In this document: piece after piece, positions 19,447 to 27,436 of the stretch
Layout of the letters: the number at the start of each line of letters is the position of its first letter
Position numbering within the stretch: position 1 is the stretch's first letter
DNA from: Bacillota bacterium
Lineage (GTDB): Bacteria > Bacillota > Sulfobacillia > JAJYWN01 > JAJZPE01
Length of the DNA: 64,000 bases
Assembly (NCBI GenBank): GCA_021787335.1
Contig: JAJYMC010000040.1
Span: 8,314 to 72,313, forward strand
Direction of reading: 5' to 3'
The notes under the pieces: generated by a model
Seen by the model: only the letters and a program-made list of their open reading frames with translations
What the model was told of the DNA's origin: nothing
Database searches by the model: none
Program-made: the position numbers and the translations under genes

Positions 19447-20757
19447 TCACCGACCGAACTGCGGCAGGTGGTCCCGGTTCACTTCGAGGATGTCGTCGAG
19501 CAGCTTCTCGGCCACCCGCTCGTCGGGGACCAGCGGGTGTGCCGTCAGCGCGGCCAGGGCCGCGTCGCGGTCGCCGAAGGCGCCCGCCTGCACGGTCAGC
19601 TCCTCGTAGGCCTTGACCACCTGGATGAGCCCGCGGATCTTCGGGTCGACCTCGCCGATGGGCAGCGGGTGCACACCATCGCGCCCGACGACGGAGGGGA
19701 CCTCCACGACGACGTTGTCCGGAAGACCGGTGATGGTCCCGTCGTTGCGGACGTTGACGATGTGCACGTCCCGCCGGTCGGTCTGGATGGCCGTCATCAG
19801 GTTAACAGCGACCTCGGAGTAGTAGGCCCCGCCCCGCTTGGACAGCTCGTCCGGTTTTTCGGCCAAGTCGGGGTCCTGGTACTTCTCGAAGAGTACGCGC
19901 TCGACCCCTTGGACGACCTCGGCCCGGGTCCCTTCCCCGCCCTCGGCTGCCACGCGCTTTTCTTCTTCCAGCATACGTTCGGTCTCATAGTAGTAACGAA
20001 GGTACGGGCATGGTAACATGCCCAGCGCGCGGAGCCACCTGGCGCTGAAGGCGAAGTCCGGCGGCAGGAGGTTGGCCTCGGCGGCCGCCGCCAACTGGGC
20101 CACGGCGAAGTCCGTGATGTCCTGGTCGTCGAGGTAGATGCAGCGGGCCCAGGTCAGGTGGTTGAGGCCGCAGAAGTCCATCCGCACCCGGCTCGGCTCG
20201 ACCCCGGCGAACTGGGCCGCCCCGCGGAGCATGCCGATGGGCACGTTGCACAGCCCGGCCACCTTGACCCCCTCGCCGTGCTTGACCACGGCCTCGGTGA
20301 TGATCCCCGAGGGGTTAGTGAAGTTGATCAGCCACGCGTCGGGGGCCAGCTCGCGGATGTCGCGGCAGACATCGAGGATGACCGGGATGGTCCGAAGAGC
20401 CTTGGCGAAGCCCCCCGGCCCGGTGGTCTCCTGGCCGATGACGCCGTGCTTCAGGGGGAGCCGCTCGTCGCGGGCCCTGGCGGCGAGGCCGCCGACGCGG
20501 AACTGGCTGACGACGTAGGAGGCGCCGGCGATGGCCGCGCGGCGGTCGGTGGTCGGCGTGACCTTGACGTTCAGCCCGGCCTTGCGGAACATCCGGCCGG
20601 TGAGATCGGCGATGACCCTCAGCTTGAAGCGGGCCTCGTCGTTCTCCACGTCGACCAGCCAGAGCTCCGAGACCGGCAAGGCGTCGCGGTTCTTGATCAG
20701 ACCTTCGATGAGTTCGGGGGTGTAGCTGCTACCCCCGCCGATGACGGCGATCTTCAT
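19447..20757 (-). CDS. GH4-family 6-phospho-beta-glucosidase
   Basis: [21 protein letters not shown]-terminus and the GLCN..P motif. The start at 20757 was chosen over the long track ORF, whose extension is the antisense of a repeat. Confidence 0.85.
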   Translation of the reverse strand: MKIAVIGGGSSYTPELIEGLIKNRDALPVSELWLVDVENDEARFKLRVIADLTGRMFRKAGLNVKVTPTTDRRAAIAGASYVVSQFRVGGLAARARDERLPLKHGVIGQETTGPGGFAKALRTIPVILDVCRDIRELAPDAWLINFTNPSGIITEAVVKHGEGVKVAGLCNVPIGMLRGAAQFAGVEPSRVRMDFCGLNHLTWARCIYLDDQDITDFAVAQLAAAAEANLLPPDFAFSARWLRALGMLPCPYLRYYYETERMLEEEKRVAAEGGEGTRAEVVQGVERVLFEKYQDPDLAEKPDELSKRGGAYYSEVAVNLMTAIQTDRRDVHIVNVRNDGTITGLPDNVVVEVPSVVGRDGVHPLPIGEVDPKIRGLIQVVKAYEELTVQAGAFGDRDAALAALTAHPLVPDERVAEKLLDDILEVNRDHLPQFGR

Positions 20758-20916
20758 GGGGTTCACCTCGTAAGATGAGCGTGGGCCAAGGCCATATTTT
20801 CCAGATGGGGGGCGCATTCTCCTGCCCGGCCGCGCCGGTTGCAGGATGGAGCTGGGCCCGGCCCGAACTACGACCATGAAGTCCGGCACTGTGAAGTCCG
20901 GCCCAAGGAGCGACAA

Positions 20917-21930
20917 ATGGCGCCAAACGAGTTTGTACCCGACGAGGACCTGCGGGCCCTCGGCCTCGACCCGGCCGCCGTCGTAGCGGTCGAGCTGATC
21001 CACGAGAGGCATGGCAACCGGCTGTACCGGGTCCGCCTGGACGAGCGTCGCGGGCCAGGCCCCGGTGGGGCTCGCACCTACGTCCTCAAGTGGTTCGGTG
21101 AGCCCGTGACGGGCGAATCGGGGCTGGCCGAGCCGGGGCCGGCTGAACCGGGTCCGGCTGAACCGGGGCCGGCTGAACCGGGGCCGGCCGCCGAAATCCA
21201 CGCGTATGAACTGCTGAGGCATCTGGGCATCCCGACCCTACCCGTCCACGGCCTGTCGCCGCGGGCCATCCTCCTCGAGGATCTGGACGCCAGCCCCGTA
21301 TGGCGACGGGCGACCGAGGAGGACGTGCTGGACGCGGCCACCGGCGTGGCCGTGGCCCAGTGGTACCGGGCCTTTCATGCCGCCGGGCGCCGGGTGGTGA
21401 CCGACCCGGCCGGCCCTCCTGGCTTCCTGAAGCGCGAGGTCGACGAACTTAACCCCGAGGTCATCCGGGACATGGGGCGGCGACTCGGGCTGCCCGACCT
21501 CCCCGTCTGGCGTCTCGCGGCCTACCACATCGAAACCTTCAAGGCGGCCATGCGCGCCCTGCCCGAGACCCTCAACTACAACGACTTCTACTGGACCAAC
21601 CTGGCCCTGGCGCGGCCGGGCAGGCCCCCGGCGGCCATCATCTATGATTACCATCTGGTGGGCATCGGTCTCCCCTATAGCGACTGCCGGAACGTTGCCG
21701 GCTCCCTGGGTGAGCCGGCCGGGTCCGCCTTCTGGGAAGCTTACGGCCCCGTGGATGAGCGCCAGCGCCTGCTGGACGAACCCACGTCCACCCTGTACAG
21801 TCTGCTTGCGGCCATGCGTCTTCCCAGATTCCCCCGCTGGGGAGAGTCCTCCCTCGAGGAAGCCCGCAGCGGGCGGCTGGGGCTCAGTATCAGGCTTGCT
21901 CTGGAAGCGCTGGGCGAAATCGGGCAATAA
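20917..21930 (+). CDS. Aminoglycoside-phosphotransferase-like (protein-kinase-fold) family protein
   Basis: APH-like layout (NRLYRVRL..., YVLKWF..., NYNDFYWTNL catalytic-loop-like). The ATG at 20917 lies behind an AAGGAG RBS. Confidence 0.6.
   Translation: MAPNEFVPDEDLRALGLDPAAVVAVELIHERHGNRLYRVRLDERRGPGPGGARTYVLKWFGEPVTGESGLAEPGPAEPGPAEPGPAEPGPAAEIHAYELLRHLGIPTLPVHGLSPRAILLEDLDASPVWRRATEEDVLDAATGVAVAQWYRAFHAAGRRVVTDPAGPPGFLKREVDELNPEVIRDMGRRLGLPDLPVWRLAAYHIETFKAAMRALPETLNYNDFYWTNLALARPGRPPAAIIYDYHLVGIGLPYSDCRNVAGSLGEPAGSAFWEAYGPVDERQRLLDEPTSTLYSLLAAMRLPRFPRWGESSLEEARSGRLGLSIRLALEALGEIGQ
21124..21183 (+). repeat. 15-nt tandem repeat (about 4 units) encoding (P/L)AEPG inside the kinase-like gene
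   Basis: CCGGCTGAACCGGGN repeated. It translates to LAEPG PAEPG PAEPG PAEPG. Confidence 0.85.
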
Positions 21931-21964
21931 GAAAGCCCTCCCGGGGAGGGCCGAGGCGCATGAT

Positions 21965-22293
21965 CTAGAGGTCAAAGACCTTCCTTAGGCCTTCGGTAAT
22001 CGCGGACAATTCCTCTTCCGTCGCTGCCCGCATCGGCACCAGCAACTGGCCCCGAGAGATGGTGTAAATCTCATTGGTCCTAACGCAGGAATCCACGCAC
22101 AGATTGACTCTTACGTCAAACTCAGTGCGTGACGGCCTACTGGAGCACTTGCAGACGACGACGTCATTAACGTCTCTGTCGTTGTCCGCAATGAAAACCG
22201 GGGACCTCCTGAGGGTCTCTGGGCCTACTAGGTAATTGGCCCAGACGAATTCACCCCGCTTGGCCGCGGCCCTCGCTCTCTTGGTCTATTCAC
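21965..22293 (-). pseudogene. PemK/MazF-family toxin gene lacking an in-frame start (probable 1-nt frameshift near the 5' end)
   Basis: The open frame 21968-22285 gives KRGEFVWANYLVGPE..RSPVFIADND..DVVVCKCSS..VRTNEIYTISRGQL (MazF-like), but with no ATG/GTG/TTG until 43 codons before the end. A GTG overlapping the upstream stop (GTGA at 22290-22293) is in a different frame and stops after 21 codons. Confidence 0.6.
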
Positions 22294-22526
22294 TTCTTCC
22301 GTGTATAGGATTTCCGCAAGTCCCGCTCATACCACTTCTGATACACATCCCCCTCCTTCCGAGCCTCTTCAGCATCGGAAGGGGTCAGCGCGATGGGCTT
22401 CGCGTCGTGCAGCCCCAGGGCCTTCTCCATCTCGGCAATGGTGGGCTTGTCGGGATTGCTGGCTTTCGCCTTAGACCGAGCCGGGACCTTCGCCCTGGTC
22501 CCGGGTGTGGTCTTTTTCTTGTTCAT
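22290..22526 (-). CDS. Putative cognate antitoxin (78 aa, family not recognised)
   Basis: The ATG at 22526 lies behind a GGAGG RBS, and the gene sits immediately upstream of the MazF-like frame. Confidence 0.4.
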   Translation of the reverse strand: MNKKKTTPGTRAKVPARSKAKASNPDKPTIAEMEKALGLHDAKPIALTPSDAEEARKEGDVYQKWYERDLRKSYTRKK

Positions 22527-22702
22527 GATCTTGGCCTCCGCAAGCGCGCTCCTACGCAGCCTACTCTCCGGGCATTTCTGCCCACCGGCCCTGTCTCCTG
22601 CTGACTTCGCAAGTCCCTGCCGACGAAATCGTTCGTCAAACCCGAGTGCCTGCCAGGGGCCACACTGGCTCACGAGAAGGGCGGCCTCCACAGGAGACCG
22701 CC

Positions 22703-23209
22703 CTAACTGTGCCCGACGTGCTCCAGGACCTCCGTCACGAACTCCGTCTTCCCCTCCGTGTACGCCTCCCGGTCGTCCCTGAACCGCCCGGCCAGGCGGC
22801 GCTTGAGTTCGCCATATTCGCGCGCCGCGTCGGGGTGGGCCCGCAGGTAATCGCGGAAGGCCAGGTGCCGCCGCAGCTCCGGGTTGTTCCGGGCCAGCAG
22901 ATACAGGTGGTGCCGGGCCTCCCCGGCCGGCCACCGAAAAGCCTCCCGCCCGGGGATGCCTTTCTCGCCCTCATGCACATACCCGATGGCCGCCAGGCGC
23001 TCGATGGCCGACGGGACGTCGGCCGCCGACCCCACCACCACGTCGATGTCGATGATGGGCTTGGCGGCCAGGCCCGGCACGGCCGTGCTCCCGACGTGCT
23101 CGATGGCGACGGCCAAGTCGCCCAGGGCGGACGCCGCCCGGGCCTTCAGAACCGCAAACCGCCGCGGCCACTCGGGGTCATAGTCGATAATGATGACCGG
23201 CTCGGGCAC
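22703..23209 (-). CDS. GrpB-family protein
   Basis: IIDYDPEWP...IEHVGSTAVPGLAAKPIIDI, the typical GrpB sequence. Confidence 0.85.
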   Translation of the reverse strand: MPEPVIIIDYDPEWPRRFAVLKARAASALGDLAVAIEHVGSTAVPGLAAKPIIDIDVVVGSAADVPSAIERLAAIGYVHEGEKGIPGREAFRWPAGEARHHLYLLARNNPELRRHLAFRDYLRAHPDAAREYGELKRRLAGRFRDDREAYTEGKTEFVTEVLEHVGHS

Positions 23210-23442
23210 AACCTCTCCTCCCGTCCGGGCGAGCCGACCTCAGCATCACCCCGCCCGATATCCTGGATGGGCTTCGCCGCAGGCTCGGCCGCGACCTCCA
23301 GGGATTGCCACGGGCTGGTCTTGTTTAGGCATGAAAAGGAAAACTCCGTGTGTGGTAGAAGATACCACCCGGTTGCACAGCACCTTATGGTGGCCCGTGG
23401 GTAGCGCTCGCTCAGACGCACGGGGTCGAAAGAGGTGCCGTC

Positions 23443-24031
23443 ATGCATACAAGCCGAACCTACTACGCGGCACTGGCCCTCTCCGCCCTGTCCCTCAGGA
23501 TGAGTATCAGATGATGGGGATGCTTGACGCCCCGCTCCTCTCAGAGCGACAGTTCCCGACAGCGTCCTGGGAATCATCTACGCCGGGGCTGACGCCTTCA
23601 CGTCCCTGGGGAGCCTGGCCGCCAGCCGCTTCATGCCTCGATGGAAGCCATCGGCCATTGCCCTGGTGGCCAGTCTTGGCTGGGGCGTGGGGCTCGCGGC
23701 TCTCGTCTCCGTGGGGCATCCGACGCTGGCGGTGGGCCTGTTCCTGGGCCTCGATGCCCTCTTCGGACTGCGGTCCCCGGCCCTTAAGGCTTGGCGTAAC
23801 GCGTCAATACCAAGCCCGGTGCGGGCGACGGCGTTGAGTGTGCTCAATACGGCAGCCTTTCTGGGCTCGACGCTCATCCTGGCGGGCATCACACCGGTCA
23901 GCGACCGCATCGGCCTCGGCGGGGTGATGCTCATCGCGGCAGGCTTGGCGGTCACCTCCGGTGTCAGCATGACCGTGAGCATATGGCAAAGCACAGGCAG
24001 GAGGGGAGTGTTCCGCTCCCCTCCTGCCTGA
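23443..24031 (+). pseudogene. MFS transporter remnant with large internal deletion
   Basis: An ATG with RBS gives MHTSRTYYAALALSALSLRMSIR and then a stop. A different frame from 23528 gives only the last roughly 4 TM helices (VLGIIYAGADAFTSLGSLAASRF...). Confidence 0.5.
23994..24030. terminator. Perfect 15-bp hairpin between the convergent MFS remnant and the VWA gene (bidirectional terminator candidate)
   Basis: CAGGCAGGAGGGGAG-tgttccg-CTCCCCTCCTGCCTG. Confidence 0.6.
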
Positions 24032-24039
24032 TTACCAGG

Positions 24040-27000
24040 TCATCTCTTCTCCAGCACCCTGTGGAGCATCTTGATGATCTCCTGACAGCACAGGTCCGGC
24101 TCCCCGGGGCGCCCGCCATTGGGCCCGATGGGGATGCGCCCTTCGACGTACTTGGCCCTGACGGCCTCACGCACAACGGGCTGGCCGTCGCGGCTCATAC
24201 CCACCGCCCGGAAGGTGAACTCATAGGTTCCGCCCTCGGCGGTGTTGGTGAAGAGGCGCGCGTATTCGCCGTCGTTGCGGTCACTGTCGTCATGCGCCCC
24301 GTCGTCCAGTAGGGTCAGGTTCCAGGTCGCGCCCGATGGGGCCACGGCTCGGACCGTGACGGTGCAACCGGTCACGGGCAGTCCGGCCTCGGTCACGACG
24401 GCCGTGAGCAAGATGGGCTCGCCCATGTGCACGGGGGCTGGGGTGACATAGGGCTGCATGCGGAAGTTCGAGCCGACGCCGATGGAGATCCCGTAGTCCA
24501 CCGGCGACTTGTTCGACTGGCACTTGTTGGGGAGGAACCCCTCGCGCATCTCCCGCGTGTCCTTGCCGGCGGGCAGGTCGCCTGAGCAAGCGTACCCCTG
24601 GTGCTCCACGATGACCGCCCAGCGGCCGGCGTAGCGGTCGGGTTCCCTGGCCGGCATGACGAATTCCACGAAGCGCGCGGTCGGGCTGGAACCCACTCGC
24701 ATCTGGAAGCCCGGGGGTATGCTCGGCCCGTTGAACACCTCGCCTTTGGGCGAGACGATCTTGAAGGGCAGGCGCATCCCCTCGTGGTCGAACAGGACGA
24801 CCAGGGCACCCACGTCGCCTCGCAGCACGTCGAACTCGATGCGCTGCTTCTGACCGGGCAAGATCGTGTAGACCGGATCGGAGATGATCGCGACACCGGC
24901 CATGTCCATGTAGACCTGAGCGAAATACTTCTCCAGGTTAAAGTACGTGGGGCCGACGAGGTCGCCGACCACCCCGGAATAGGCTCCGGTGGCGGTCGAC
25001 AGCCGGTTCAGGGCGGCGCGGTCGATGTCCTCACCGCGGCCGAGGCCGATGCCGTAGATCTTGATGTCCGACGGCAGGGTCAGCGGCCGCGTGGCCACCC
25101 CACCGCTTCCGGATGGGTGCCAGCTGTTGCCGCCGAGGATGCTGTACCACTGGCCGTCGTCGGGGTTCAGGTAACCGGTGTTGTCCATTCCATCGGTCAG
25201 GACGACCATGGCCTTGGTCAGGGCCGGGGGCGGGCTCGTGCGCGGGACCGAAAGCTGGCCGGCGGCCACGTGGACGCCGCCCGCGATACAGGTCGTGCCC
25301 CGCGGAGCCAGCTCCGTCGGGTTGATCTTGGCGACGATCCCCGGCTTGTTGGCCGACGTGACCTGGACGACGGGCTGCAGGACGTCGATGATCTCGTCGT
25401 ACTTCACGATGGTGATGCGATCGTCCAGGTCGGGCCGGATGAGTTCGGCGAACAGGCGGCCACCGGCGATGGCGGCGTCTGCCTTTGTCCTGGTCCCGAT
25501 CGTCTGGCTCATGCTGCCTGAGCGGTCCAGGACCAGACCGGCGTCGACGGCGATCGGCGCGGTGATCTCGCCCGTCAGGGCGTAGGTGAAGCTCGCCGGG
25601 ACCGGGTTGGTGGCGTTGTGCCCCTCGATGATCAGCTGGGCGCTCGTGACGCGGGGCGCGTCGTCGGCGAAGAAGACGACGGCGATGTTGGTCTGGCCGG
25701 TGCCGGCCGGCCCAGAGCCGCAGGGATCCACGGCGTTGACGGAGTAGGTCCGGGCGCTGACCACATCGATGACCGAGTCGGCCGGCGGATCCTGCATCAG
25801 GCCGTAGAGGGCCCTGTCGACGCCGTCGATTCTGGCGGTGAACGTGAGCGTCCCGTCGCCGGTGTTCGTGATGGTGATGAACCTGACCATTCGGAAGCCG
25901 CGCTGCACCTGACCGAAGGACGGGAACGGCGCGGGCGGCGTGACAATCTCCGCGTTGGCGACGCAGCCAGTCCCGGATAGAGAGGCATTGTGCGTGGTCC
26001 CGCCGGTGGTTTCGTTGACCGTCAGGGTCGCCGAGGCCGGCCCCTCGGAAGTCGGCGCGAAGCGCACCTCGAGGTCATGGGAACTGCCCACGGCGATGTC
26101 CCCGCTGTAGGCGGCCCAGGCGAACGGGACGCCCGCCGGAGGGGCCGCCACGTTGACCGAGAGCTGCACCTCGCCGTCGTTCCGCAATCTGAGCGTGAGG
26201 GGGGTCGAGGAACCGACCGGGTGTTTCCCGAAAGAGAGCGCGGTCGGACTCAGCGTCAGCCTCCTGACCGGCGCCCGGGCGGTTCCCGAGCAGGTCATCG
26301 TGCTCTCACCGGCGGCCGGCTCGCGCGTCACGACGAGGTTCTTGGTCCCTGAGGGGCCGATGGCCGTCGGAGCGAAGGTGACGGTGACGCTCACCGTCTC
26401 GCCGACGCCCAGGGTTGTTGGCAGTGGCCGGCTTGTGGCCGTGACCGAGAAAGGAAGGTCGTTCGCGATCGAGACGATTCTCAGACAGTCGTCGCCTGAG
26501 TTTCTGATGGTGAACTCTCTGGTCGTCGTGGCCAGCGCGGGCGGCCCGCCGATCACGGCCTCGGGGAAGGTCTGCGAGTTGGGCTGGACGTCGCAACTCC
26601 CGCTGGGAAGGGGACACTCGCGCCAGACGGTGGGCCCGCCGGAGCCGGGCGAGGTCATGATGCGCACGGTTCGGGCCGAGGTGATCTCCGCCAGACGCTG
26701 GGTGGGGCCGCTCGTGGAAATCGGCCCCCAGCTGCAGAGTTGCGCACCGGTATCCGAACGGAAGACGATGTGCTGTTTCGTCGAGTTAGGGAGGCTGTCC
26801 GCGGCGAACATGAAGAAGGCCATGCCGGCCGCCGACGTGTGGAAGTGGAGCTGCCGGCCGGCGTCAAGGACCCATGGGCCGCCGCCAACGGCGTAGTGGG
26901 TCACGGTGGTCCCGCGCAGGTCGAAGATCCAGATGCTATATGTGTCGAACCCGCCCGAGGTGACCGCGTTGCGGACAGCGAGGAAGTTCGTGGCGGGAAA

Positions 27001-27189
27001 GAAAATCCACCGGACCGCCGCGGCGCCGGGAATCCAGAGTTCGTCCACCACCGTCCCGCTCTTCTTCAACTGGTAGGTATCGGTGCTACCGGATCTGAGG
27101 GCGAAACTCCACGGGCTCGTGTTGGTCGTTCCCCAACCGAGGCTGTTGTCGAACAGGCCCACCGCTGGGCTATAGGGCGTGCAGGGCAT
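24040..27189 (-). CDS. Large multidomain protein: novel N-terminal domain, about 4 Ig-like (choice-of-anchor-D/ASH-type) repeats, VWA domain, Ig-like C-terminal region
   Basis: 1049-aa ORF with a strong [17 protein letters not shown] motifs are LVLDRSGSMS and VVLTDGMDN. Repeated units of the type FG.V..G......I.N.G...L are present. No N-terminal signal peptide is visible. Confidence 0.8.
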   Translation of the reverse strand: MPCTPYSPAVGLFDNSLGWGTTNTSPWSFALRSGSTDTYQLKKSGTVVDELWIPGAAAVRWIFFPATNFLAVRNAVTSGGFDTYSIWIFDLRGTTVTHYAVGGGPWVLDAGRQLHFHTSAAGMAFFMFAADSLPNSTKQHIVFRSDTGAQLCSWGPISTSGPTQRLAEITSARTVRIMTSPGSGGPTVWRECPLPSGSCDVQPNSQTFPEAVIGGPPALATTTREFTIRNSGDDCLRIVSIANDLPFSVTATSRPLPTTLGVGETVSVTVTFAPTAIGPSGTKNLVVTREPAAGESTMTCSGTARAPVRRLTLSPTALSFGKHPVGSSTPLTLRLRNDGEVQLSVNVAAPPAGVPFAWAAYSGDIAVGSSHDLEVRFAPTSEGPASATLTVNETTGGTTHNASLSGTGCVANAEIVTPPAPFPSFGQVQRGFRMVRFITITNTGDGTLTFTARIDGVDRALYGLMQDPPADSVIDVVSARTYSVNAVDPCGSGPAGTGQTNIAVVFFADDAPRVTSAQLIIEGHNATNPVPASFTYALTGEITAPIAVDAGLVLDRSGSMSQTIGTRTKADAAIAGGRLFAELIRPDLDDRITIVKYDEIIDVLQPVVQVTSANKPGIVAKINPTELAPRGTTCIAGGVHVAAGQLSVPRTSPPPALTKAMVVLTDGMDNTGYLNPDDGQWYSILGGNSWHPSGSGGVATRPLTLPSDIKIYGIGLGRGEDIDRAALNRLSTATGAYSGVVGDLVGPTYFNLEKYFAQVYMDMAGVAIISDPVYTILPGQKQRIEFDVLRGDVGALVVLFDHEGMRLPFKIVSPKGEVFNGPSIPPGFQMRVGSSPTARFVEFVMPAREPDRYAGRWAVIVEHQGYACSGDLPAGKDTREMREGFLPNKCQSNKSPVDYGISIGVGSNFRMQPYVTPAPVHMGEPILLTAVVTEAGLPVTGCTVTVRAVAPSGATWNLTLLDDGAHDDSDRNDGEYARLFTNTAEGGTYEFTFRAVGMSRDGQPVVREAVRAKYVEGRIPIGPNGGRPGEPDLCCQEIIKMLHRVLEKR

Positions 27190-27360
27190 TCTTGACTCCT
27201 CCTTGGGTTCGAGCTTACATAAAACATCCGCACCGGCGCCGTGTCAGTTCCGAACAGCCATTTTTCTCACCCCACTGAGCCGCTGCGACAATCTTCCCTC
27301 GCCATCGGCGTAGCGGGAGAATTCTGGCAGTCGCCACCAGTTTCCTTCCATAATCTGGAG

Positions 27361-27398
27361 AACAAAAACGGACACGAACCGACATGGTTCGTGTCCGC
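27361..27398 (-). terminator. Rho-independent terminator after the FAD/Fe-S oxidoreductase gene
   Basis: CGGACACGAACC-loop-GGTTCGTGTCCG 12-bp stem, followed on the minus strand by TTTTTGTT. Confidence 0.8.
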
Positions 27399-27436
27399 TG
27401 CGGCTATGACTGGAGCCCCGTACGCTCCATCGCTCC

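Noticed and set aside
20758-21222. 155-codon N-terminal extension of the GH4 glucosidase ORF.
   Set aside because: The family N-terminus [12 protein letters not shown] with its NAD-binding motif starts at 20757. The extension overlaps the divergent kinase-like gene and translates a tandem repeat antisense.
23210-23442. 230-bp gap between GrpB and the MFS remnant, examined for a small RNA or a gene.
   Set aside because: No convincing ORF, hairpin plus T-tract or repeat was found. It is probably degraded promoter DNA of the decayed MFS gene.
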